A stretch of DNA of 64,000 nucleotides, taken from NCBI RefSeq assembly GCF_009914755.1, contig NC_060947.1, one strand, 5' to 3'. Under the pieces are notes generated by a model that saw only the letters and a program-made list of their open reading frames with translations, was not told the origin of the DNA and searched no databases. Source of the DNA: the human T2T-CHM13v2.0 reference genome, Homo sapiens. This document shows, piece by piece, positions 53,997 through 64,000 of the stretch; the first letter of the stretch is position 1; each line of letters opens with the position of its first letter. The translations under genes and the position numbers were made by a program.

Positions 53997-54513
53997 TGTA
54001 GCAGATGTTTTCTGTACCCTGTGTCCTGTCCCCTTGGCCTATCTCTGATTTCAGTGAAGCTATTAGAGACCGGTTCCTGCAGAGGGAGAATGCAATCTCT
54101 CTCCCATTCTATGTGTCTTTCCACTTTTCTACCTCAGAATTTTCTCTGAAGCTGTAAACCTGTCTAGCCTTTATGTAGGAATAGCCCAGAAGTGCAGGAG
54201 ATAACCTGCACTCACTCCTGGGAGTAACTGTTGCACCATGAAGGCAGAAGTCAGTGAATAAATGCCCTAATCACTAAAATCTCCAGTGGGGGCATTCCAC
54301 AGAGCATTCTGTTGGCTTCACGAAAGTGCCTGCAAAATCTGACTCCTGGCTGAATAGCACCTTGATAATGTGTCATTTTATTGGCTTTATCTCCTTCCCT
54401 GTCTCACACTCTCTGCTCCTTCCCTCCTGCTTCCGAAGTTCACCTCTAAAATAAACTACCTCTACTCAAGTCCTTGTCTTGGACTCTGCTTTCTGGAAAA
54501 ACAGACCAAGACA
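53997..54513 (+). mobile_element. LTR33-family solo LTR
   Basis: TGTAGCAGATG start; AATAAACTACCTCTACTCAAGTCCTTGTCT...CCAAGACA end; TSD CCAGG / CTAGG. Confidence 0.75.
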
Positions 54514-55039
54514 CTAGGACAGTTTTGCAGAGACCCAAATTTGGGCATCAGATGTTGAGCACCACATCACCCACACAGTGATACTCAGACTCTCAGACCC
54601 ACTGTTGCTTAATAAAAGGTTCCTTGTTTCTTCTTAGATTCCACAAAGTCCACAGCTAACAGTTATTCCTTTTGGAAAAGTAAACTGTATTTCTTTCTTC
54701 ATATACTGGGACCCATAATGGCCAGCCTCTTCTCTCATTTGTGATATTTGTCTTCCAATACCCCTTCCCTATACCCAAACCCACACTGGCAAGCAGAAGC
54801 TGGATGAATGCAAAAATCCACTTTCGTTCTAGAGGAAAGGAATTCCACTGGGGCCTTATTAGGCTTCCACTGCCTGCTAATCATGCTTTCATTCAAACAT
54901 TCCAGCATCTGCTGTTATTATTACTGGAACACCTCAACCAGATCGAGCAAATTTCATGGGTGGGAGTAATAGGACAGGGAGAAGATAGCAAGGGCTGAAT
55001 CAATTTTTTAATTTGGCGGAGGGAAATCAAGATCACCAC

Positions 55040-55448
55040 CATGTTAGTCATCTATTGCTGCATAACAAATTCCCACAAACACGAAGGCTTTAAACTATTT
55101 ATTAGTTCATGGTTTCCATGGGTCAGGATTCTGATACAGTTTGGCTGGGTCTTCTGCTCAGGGTGTCACAAGACTGCAATGGAAGCATTTGCTGGGGCTG
55201 AGAGTCTCATCTGAGGCTCAAGATCTTCTTCCAAGCTCATGTGGTTATTGGCCAAATTCAGTTTCTTGCAGTTGTAGGGTTCATGAGGACTTGCTTCTTC
55301 AAGGCAAGCCAGGAGAAATATCTCTCTGACTTCTTCTGTCTTTGAACTCTAGATCTTCTTTAAAGGACTCACCTGATTAGGACACTCAAGGGGAGGGGAT
55401 TATACAAGGAAGTGGGTCATTGGGGTCATCTTAGAATTCCACTTCACA
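55040..55448 (-). mobile_element. MLT1E-type solo LTR (internally deleted) with perfect TSD
   Basis: TTAGTCATCTATTGCTGCATAACAAAT...GGGGTCATCTTAGAATTC; ACCAC at 55035-55039 and 55449-55453. Confidence 0.82.
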
Positions 55449-56002
55449 ACCACCTTGACTAGCCTTTAAGGAATACAAGATAGGGTTGGGGTGGAGACTG
55501 CAGAGAGAGGAAGAAGCTGACCCTAGTTTGTTTTCTCTACTCGTCATTCTCTATGAGTAATGCCTTCTCTAGTGAGAAAACATTTTTTCATTTTGAAAAT
55601 TGGCCACCAAATGAGATAGGAAAGCCCCCAAAATTGTGAGAACACAATTAACTTATTTGGTGAGATTAGGCAGAAAAAACCCCCATAACCCTCTTTACTT
55701 TTCTGTTACCAGGTCCTCAAGTCAGAAACTGGGGGTCACATTTGACACCTGTATCTTCTGCCATGTATATCATTAAAATCCATCCATTTTACCTCCTAAA
55801 TGTCTCATGAATCCATGACTGCTCCCGAGACCTCCTGACTGTCCCTCAGCTTCCATTCTTGTCCTCTATACCCCATTTTGTCCACAACAGCCTGATCTGG
55901 GTGATCACACTCTTGACCTAGGGCAGGGTGGTGCCCTGTAACCATCCTTCCAGCCTGCTCAGTCCAGCTGCCTTAGGACAGCCCAATGGGCCACCCCATC
56001 AA

Positions 56003-56499
56003 TGTATTGGTTTGCTAGGGCTGTCATAACAAAGTAATCTAAACTGGGTAGCCAAAAACAACAGAAATATGTTGGCTCACAGTTCTGGAAGCTAGAAGTC
56101 TGAGAACAAGGTGTTAGCAGAGTCATGTTCCCTCTGAAGTCTCCAGGGTAGGATGCTTCCTTACCTCTTCTGGCTTGTGATAACCCCAGACATTCCTTGG
56201 CTTGAGACAGCATAGTTCCAATCTCTGTCTCCATATTCACATGGCCATCTTTCTTCTGAGTCTGCGTTTCTGTCTGAGAGTGCAAAGACACATAGCACTC
56301 TCCCTATGTGTCTTTGTCCCAATTTCCTTTTTTGTAAGGACACCAGTCAGATTGCCTTAAGGATGACCATAATGATTAACTTGATCATTTGCAAAGACCT
56401 TATTTCCAAATACGATCACATTTACAGGCACTGGGAGTTTGGACTTCAGCCTCTCTTTTTCTGTGGGGAAGTGCAAGGAACATAATTCAACTCATAGCA
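56003..56499 (-). mobile_element. MLT1C-type solo LTR
   Basis: TGTATTGGTTTGCTAGGGCTGTCATAACAAAG...GCAAAGACCTTATTTCCAAATA...AATTCAACTCATAGCA. Confidence 0.85.
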
Positions 56500-56964
56500 A
56501 CCATTCTAATAGAAATCTAGGTATGCCACTGATCTATGATTGTCCTCATAGAACAACTGAATAGTGGAAGAACACAGACTGGGGAGCAGTCTAGCATGGC
56601 TCCCTCTGGGTAGACATGTGGCTGGCTGCAGATAGAGGCAAGGCCCCCATCTTGTGAAGACTGGAAAGTAGATTGGCTAGACCAACAGTGTGGGTGATAT
56701 GACATTCCTAGTCACAGGAAGATGGAATGTTTGGCCAGCAAGAGCAATAAACATGCCTCTGGCAGTGCCCTTTCTCTGGCTGTGACCCAGACATTGCACC
56801 CACCCACCCCTCTCTATCCTTCAGATCTCAATTGGTGCTCTCTTTCCCTAGCAAAGCCACCTCTGACTCCCAAAGCTTATGAGGGTCCCCTGTCACCTGC
56901 TCTCTCAGCCCCCATTCTCCTTCACAAAGCCTCATGGATGTGACTATTCCATTCATGTGTGCTT

Positions 56965-57121
56965 TATTCCCTAGACTGTAAGCTCCGTGACTTCAGGGTC
57001 TGTGATGATTATGATGAAGTTTTTTTCCCCTACCCACCAACTAGCATGTGCCTGGCAATGAGAAACTGTTCAATAAATATTCAACAAATAAATATTTGTT
57101 GAATAAATGAATGAATGAATG
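56965..57121 (+). mobile_element. L2 3' end
   Basis: CTAGACTGTAAGCTCCGTGA...GTGCCTGGCA...TATTTGTTGAATAAATGAATGAATGAAT. Confidence 0.75.
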
Positions 57122-57564
57122 CAAACCATTTTGCTTCCTGGACATCTTGATAAATGGCAGAGATTAGAACAGTTGGAGAGCTATAGAGCCCTGATATTTG
57201 TGATGGATGCATCTTTAATAAATCCCCAACTTCCTGGAAAAAGAAATGTTAATATGGGCTTTGTCGAATATTACATTCCAATGAAAGCGAACTGACTCTC
57301 TCACACCAGCCTCAAAGTAGGTGTAATTTAAATATGTGCTTCAGCAAAAGGGAAATACAGTGTTAGGAACCTTCAGAGCTGCTTGTGAAAAACTGGAGTT
57401 CCTTATCTTAGACCTGAGGTGGCCAGGATCCACTGTGGTGGTTCAGTACAGAGGAGCAGACTCCCGGGTCCTCCCCTTCCTGTGTAATCAGACCTGCATA
57501 TTAACAAGAACCCCAGGTGATCCATAAGCACAGCAACATTTGGGAAGGATTGGCATAGAGTACA

Positions 57565-57835
57565 GGTGGCCTCCCCATGTGGCTTAAATCACTAAGGGCA
57601 TGGCAATTGGGTTCACAGAGAGAGACAGAGAGAGACAAAGACAGAGAGATCAAGATCAAGACAATAGTTGCAAAACTTTTGACCTAGCCTTAGATGTCAT
57701 GTAGTTTTACTCCCACTACATTATCTTGGTTTTGAGCCCCTAAGTTCAGCCCAGATTTAAAAGGAGGGGAATTAGAGGGCACGGCTCAATGGGAAAAGTA
57801 CCAAAGAATGTGTGTTCACCTTTTAATCTGACACA
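57565..57835 (-). mobile_element. MLT1G/H-type LTR fragment
   Basis: TTTTGACCTAGCCTTAGATGTCA...CAGCCCAGATTTAAAAGGAGGGGAATTAG. Confidence 0.6.
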
Positions 57836-57929
57836 TGCCACTTCTTTCCATGAACCAGAAATTGGTGTCTGCTGAGGTATAAACAGGTATATGGAGCTGG
57901 AGCTTGGGATTAGGAGGAAAAGGTGAAGG

Positions 57930-58125
57930 GAATTCCTTTCTCACTGTTGGTGGGATCTTAAGCACTTCTTTTGGTCTGTCTGAGCCTGTGTCCTCATCTT
58001 TGAAATAGAATAATATCCCTGTTATGGGCTGTTGGGAGTATTTTACATTGAAAAGACCCTGGAAAATCACAAGTAGCATGCAAATGTTGGTTACTGTTGT
58101 TATTAATAGCAATAATTATGACAAT
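57930..58125 (+). mobile_element. MIR SINE fragment
   Basis: TCTGAGCCTGTGTCCTCATCTTTGAAATAGAATAATA...GGGCTGTTGGGAG. Confidence 0.6.
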
Positions 58126-58794
58126 AATGGGCTAGGCTGTTATATGTTAACCTACAACTAGGGGGTTTCTGAAGATGCTGTCTTAACCCTGAAGAGTGGA
58201 TTGCATGCTGAGAGTTTCAGGAGGCAAGGAGATGGAGGAGAAAATGTTTCTGGGCATAGAGATTTTTCCATGGCCTCTGCCTTGGCCAACACCTGGATTT
58301 GTGGCTGCCTTTGACATGTTCTGCAATCTGAATTCCCTGAGAGCAAGAATAGCTTCACAGTCACAGCCATAAAAAGCAGAGTGTCTCTGGGTCTACTCCC
58401 ACACACTCTGCGGAGACTAGGAGCCCCTCTGATTCCTCCCAAATGGTTCTGAGCCTTCCTGCTGTGTTCAGCAGGCTCCTGCTCTTGGTGGCCTGTGGCG
58501 TCACCAGCCTCCCCTCTCCCTCCCTGCAGCTGCTATAGCAGAGTCTCTCATCCCTGCCTAAGCCCAAATGGGCCTTTCACCCCTAATGTCTGCCAAAGGC
58601 ACTATTGCTGCCACCTGGCCCTGTCAGAGATACCCTGGCTGCCATAGACAACTAATGTCTGATTGGGGTGCCGAAACCCCACACTGGACAGCTGGTGTCA
58701 GGCAAAGGAACCCCCTCCAGTGGGCCACCAAAGGACTGCTATCAACCCTCCCAGGCTCTCCCTATGCATTAAGTGCCCAACGAGAATAGAGAAT

Positions 58795-59000
58795 TTCCAC
58801 CCTCACCAGCTGTGGGATTTTGGTCTGTAAGGTAACTTTTCTGAGCCACTGTTTTCTCATCCACAAAGTAAAGATATTGATAGCACCTACATCATAGAAT
58901 TGTTGTGAAGTTTAAATGGACTAATCCACATCATTGAGCACTTGGTATAGTACCTAGAACATAAGCACTCAATAGATGCAAGTTATTATTGTTTACTACT
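58795..59000 (+). mobile_element. MIR SINE fragment
   Basis: GATAGCACCTACATCATAGAATTGTTGTGAAGTTTAAATG...TAAGCACTCAATAGATG. Confidence 0.7.
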
Positions 59001-59214
59001 ACCCTTCATACTTAGGGTGAGTTATTTCCCAGAAGTCTCTGATATGAAATGCTAATAGATTACTGGCTGTCTCCCACCCCAATCCTTACAAACATGATTG
59101 AACAAGTTTGATTTCTACCATGACCATAGTATTAGGCTCAACCTGGGACAATTACTGCAATCAGAATCACTGTTTAACAGAATTTCTATTTATTTTGCGT
59201 AGCGTGGGTGTTAA

Positions 59215-59850
59215 TACTAATAATTATAAGAGCTAACACTTATTGAATGCTTGCTATATGCCAGGTACTGGGCGTACCCAAGTTTTTAGCTTATTTAATC
59301 CTCATGACATCTACCGCTATGAGGTAGATGCTATTATTATCCCTATGTGACAGATGATGTATTAGTCTGCTCAGGCTGCCATAACAAAATATCATAGACT
59401 GGATGGCTTAAACAATGAAAGTTTATTTTTTTCTCACAGTTTTAGAAGCTGGAAGTCTGAGATCAGGGTGCCAGCATGGTCAGATTCTGGTGAGGGCTCT
59501 CTCGCTTATAAAAAGCTGCCTTCTTGCTGTGTACTCACATGGTAGAGAGAGAGAAGCAAGATCTCTAGTATCTGCTCTTATTAGGGCAGTAATCTAATCA
59601 TAAGGGCCCCACCCTCATGATCTCATCTAAACTTAATGACCATCCAAAGGCCCTATCTCCAAATTTCATTATACTGGGGGTTAGAGCTTCAACATATGAA
59701 TTTGTGGGGGAACCAATTCACTCCATAGAAACTGGGAAAACAGAAGCACAGAGAAATTAAATAAACTTCCCAAGGGTACACAGCTACTAAGCAGAGGGAC
59801 CAGGATTCAAGCTCAACTCTGGCTCTAAAGCCCCAAGTATCTTTCTATAC
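59215..59850 (-). mobile_element. MIR SINE split by MLT1A
   Basis: AGCTAACACTTATTGAATGC...GACAGATGA, then LTR, then GGAAAACAGAAGCACAGAGAAATTAAATAAACTTCCCAAGG. Confidence 0.75.
59358..59730 (-). mobile_element. MLT1A-type solo LTR
   Basis: TGTATTAGTCTGCTCAGGCTGCCATAACAAAATA...GCTTCAACATATGAATTTG...ATTCACTCCATAG. Confidence 0.85.
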
Positions 59851-59899
59851 AAGACTTTGATCCCCTCATTAATGGGTAGATAAACTTTGCATGCTAAAA

Positions 59900-60406
59900 A
59901 GCATCAAGTACTTTTTTCTGTGTAACAATGACTCCAATGCTGAGTGGCTTACAACAATGATTCATTATTTCTCCCAATTCTGTGGGTTGGCTTCAGGTTC
60001 TTCTGTTGGTCTTGCCTTGACTCCCTCACGTGGCTGAATTCAGTTGGAGGGTTGTCTTGGGGTTGGATTCAGGGAGGATAGCTGGGGCAGTCGATCATCC
60101 GTTTGCATGCGGTCCTTCATCCTATATGAATGGTGGTCTCAGAGCATGGTGGTTTCAGGGTATCAAGAGAGTGGGGCTGGATGCTGCAAATTTTTTTGAG
60201 GTCTAGCTTCAGATGTTGTACAACATGACTTCCACTACATTCTATTGGCCAAATCAAATCACAAGGTCAGCTCAGATTCAAGGGAGGAGAAGAATAGGCT
60301 CTACCTCTTGAAAGGTGGAAAATCATATTTTGCTATAAAATCACAGTGCAAAGAAGTGTTCATAGTGGGACAGGAGAAATTTGTAGTTGTTAAACTATAT
60401 ACCACA
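59900..60406 (-). mobile_element. MLT1H-type solo LTR
   Basis: AGTGGCTTACAACAA...CATTCTATTGGCCAAATCAAATCACAAGGTCAGCTCAGATTCAAGGG...ATACCACA. Confidence 0.75.
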
Positions 60407-60459
60407 GATAGATCAAACCTGGACACTAGATAGTACCTAACACATCTCTGTTATGGAGA

Positions 60460-61170
<711 letters not shown>

Positions 61171-61177
61171 AGCCCAT

Positions 61178-61365
61178 GAATTTACTGGTAAATGTTTAAC
61201 AACCAGCTCTGGCATGGGGGAAAGGAGATGCCCATTTGTAGTGATTGCCAAGTTTGGTGGTGTAAATACCCCCGCCATGGCTGATTTTAAGCTACCAGCA
61301 TGATGCTACTGAACATGGAGCTGGGAAGAAAAGTCACAGTTAGAAGTGGACTCCAGCACACCATT
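61178..61365 (-). mobile_element. MER63A-type hAT element
   Basis: CTGGTAAATGTTTAACAACCAGCTCT...GGTGTAAATACCCCGCCATGGCTGATTTTAAGCTACCA...CCAGCACACCA. Confidence 0.75.
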
Positions 61366-61744
61366 TCAGTAGCCCATCCAAACCAGAGGACCAAGAGTAG
61401 GGGCAGGGAACCCCAGAGAGAAATCAGGAAATGGAAACAATAGATAAAACAACACATTTGTAATCTAATTCCTTTATTTTTCTTTCCCCACAAATGGCCA
61501 ACATTTAAGAGACTGGTACTTTGCCTGTTTTTTTTGCTTTTTAAAAAAAATAATCAAAATTAAAAGGAGGTTTGGGGACAGTAGATGTTCACCATGAAAA
61601 AATCTTGAAATAAAGCATTTGCTCAGCATCTTTTCATGCTAAATCAGTTCTTCCTCAACATGAAAAGTTACCAGTTTGTCTGGCCTTTTTCCCTTCCCCA
61701 AACTGAGTGTAGATTGATAGCTGGCTTTAACAATCACATTTCAA

Positions 61745-61995
61745 GTAATAGCTAACCTTTTTGAAAGCTTACTCTGTGCCAAATTCTCTGCCTGAATTAT
61801 CTCATTTAGTCCTCACATCAACCTTAATAGGTAGTTGCAATCAGTGCCCCTATTTTACTGATGTGGAAACTGAGTCACAGAGAGGCGAGATAACTTGTTT
61901 AAGGTCACGCAGTTGGTCAGTGGTAATGCCAGGAATGATCTTAAGGCTGTTAGTCCCTTCAGTCTATAGTCTTAACTTCTGCCTTCTACTGCCTT
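61745..61995 (-). mobile_element. MIR SINE, near full length
   Basis: ATTTTACTGATGTGGAAACTGAGTCACAGAGAGG...TAACTTGTTTAAGGTCACGCAG. Confidence 0.8.
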
Positions 61996-63249
61996 CTCTC
62001 GGCTGGAGTGGGGTGCCTCACAATCCCAAAGAGCTCTTTGGCAAATATTTTGCAAAACCAAAGAGCCCTTCACAATGTGTCTGTGATATCAAGTCCCATG
62101 TTTGAATATAGGTTTTCATTAAAGAGAGAAAGACAAGCCTTTTGAAAGAGCAGTTTCTCCTGGGAGAACAAATCTCATTCAGGACACGTGTGCAGGTCGT
62201 GGCTCAGGCTCCATCTGCTCACAGCAGGGATCTCTGGCTTGTGGCTGGTAAAAGTGTGAGGTCTTCTGGCCTCTGCATGGGGGGGCTAAAAGACAACCTT
62301 AGCTCCCCTGGGTCAGTCCACAGGAATTAGTTGCCAGTAACACACAATTCCAGGTAAGACCCAGGGCTCCCTTAGAACCTCCTGGACTTTTTATTTGGCT
62401 ACCACTCATGGAACAATCTGAGGAGTGTGGAAATGAAAGGGCCTTGGAGGTGGGATGGGCAGGGCTGATCCGATGACTAATGTGTGTCCTTGAAGACCTT
62501 GGCAGGGTTGGGTGTCTCCCTCAGGCTGGAAATGATGATTTGTGGGTCGGGGAGTTTGGATTTTATGACCTGAACCTTTAGCCTTTCTGGGTCCTGGGAG
62601 AGAGGCGAAGAAAGAGGAGAAGTTGCCAGAGGCAGTTAACGTTTGGCCTTGGTTTGATTTGTTCCAGTTGTTTTGCAGCTGCCCCTCAGTCTGTTGTCAT
62701 CGATCCTGGAGGGTCCCTGGACACCCCACTCCCAAGCTGGAGTCAGGGCTATGGGCAGGAGAGAGCAAGAAATAAAACAAGGATGAGGACCCTGTCTTCA
62801 GAAGACAGGAAGGAGGGTGTAAGGAAAACTACAGAGATGCAGAGAACAGAGACCTGTACATATTCATGGCATCTGCTCAGGGGAGCCCTGGTACATAGAG
62901 CCTTTGGAGTTCAGTGGAGGGAGAGAGGGAAGGCTTACTGGAGGAAGGGGTCTTCCTATGACTACTCAAAGGGCAGACGTAGGCAGTTTGAGAAGAAGGG
63001 AAAAGGCACTGGAGCTGGAGAAATGGCTTGTGGGGAGGAGACATGGAAGGTTCTGGGCCTGACAAAGAGCAAGTAGGAGCAGAGGACAGAATTGAAGAAA
63101 GGGAGGTGGGGAGGGGATGGGTCAGAAGCCACTGAAGCTGACGATAAGGACGGCTCCAAGCCAGGGGAAGATCAGGATGGAGATTCATACAAATATAGAT
63201 GAAAACAGAATCCTTGTTTTCCCACAACTTGCAAATGAGTCTCTGAAGG

Positions 63250-63315
63250 TTTTTTTTGTTTGTTTGTTTGGGTTTTTCTTTTTCTTTTTCTTTTCTTTCT
63301 TTTTTTTTTTTTTTT
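63250..63315. repeat. T-rich tract: (TTTG)n-(TTTTC)n-poly(T)
   Basis: Seen directly. Confidence 0.85.
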
Positions 63316-63635
63316 GAGTAGAATCCATGTTATTGAGTAATCCAGGAAATTAAAGAAATAAAAATAGAAATAAACCCTTGGAGGGAGGCACCATCCAGGC
63401 CTCTGCTGGATAGTAAGGGTCTAAGTTGCACACCTACAGGCTTTTCCTCCACCCAGACAATGTTTCTCTTCTTTCATAACATCAATCCTACAGCTGGGGG
63501 AAAGGGGTGATTTTAAAAACCACTCAGAGAGATAAATCTTGTAATACAAACTGCTGAACAGCTGGCCCTTTAAAGCATAGAACAGCCATTTAGCCATTAA
63601 TCCATCCCTTTAAAATGCAGAACCATCCCACCCCA

Positions 63636-63686
63636 CCACACACACACACACGCATGTACACACATACACATGCATGCACACACACA
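63636..63686. repeat. Interrupted (CA)n tract
   Basis: Seen directly. Confidence 0.85.
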
Positions 63687-64000
63687 AACGCTGGCACAAA
63701 GAGTAGTTCAATTTCATCTGGTGCAGTTACAGCTGCTGCTCCTGTACTTTTTATGTTCACAGATACAGCCCTGGCTCCAGGTTTAAATAGTTAACACCAG
63801 CAACAGGAAGCAGGGGAGGGGAAGGAAAGAGAAGCAACAAATTCTAGCTGACTTTTCACCAAATTCCTCCCCAGGTGCTGCCTCTGAGCCTGGATCCTGA
63901 GGCAGCAGAACCTGGTGCAGCAGTACCTGGTGCTTTTCCCAGATCCTCCTGCCTTCCCCAGACTTCTTGCTCTCCTGGGGACAGTCTGCAAAAGCAGCTG

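Noticed and set aside
62190-62360. Strong donor-like CAG|GTAAGA near 62353 (similarly AAG|GTAAGA near 13263)
   Set aside because: No convincing paired acceptor or coding frame; isolated donor matches are expected by chance in 64 kb.
61761-63227. ORFs of 114-140 aa near the window end
   Set aside because: One is MIR-derived; the others have non-ATG or weak starts, biased composition and no family similarity I recognise.

Overview
This is mammalian genomic DNA, almost certainly from an ape or human: AluJ/AluS, THE1D, MSTA, L1PA4/5-type and L1PA3-type elements are present. I find no supportable host protein-coding exon, tRNA, rRNA, CRISPR array or CpG island. The window reads as repeat-dense intergenic or deep-intronic sequence. 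The dominant feature is a full-length, TSD-bounded, inactivated L1PA4/5-type LINE-1 on the minus strand (16423-22555), nested inside a much older L1M. It keeps the ~129-bp ZNF93-bound 5'UTR segment, has a mutated YY1 site and an EN H230R change, and carries an open, ATG-initiated antisense ORF0 homologue of 155 codons. The rest is solo ERVL/MaLR LTRs (several with 5-bp TSDs), MIR and L2 relics, hAT DNA-transposon fossils, six Alus, microsatellites and a few unique stretches that may be enhancers. I did not find a convincing new biological system. The best leads are the extended ORF0, a head-to-head MSTA/THE1D pair with a deletion at the palindrome centre, several local template-switch or duplication scars, and candidate regulatory islands. 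Repeat subfamily names come from my recollection of consensus sequences, not from a RepeatMasker run. Boundaries without a TSD are approximate.
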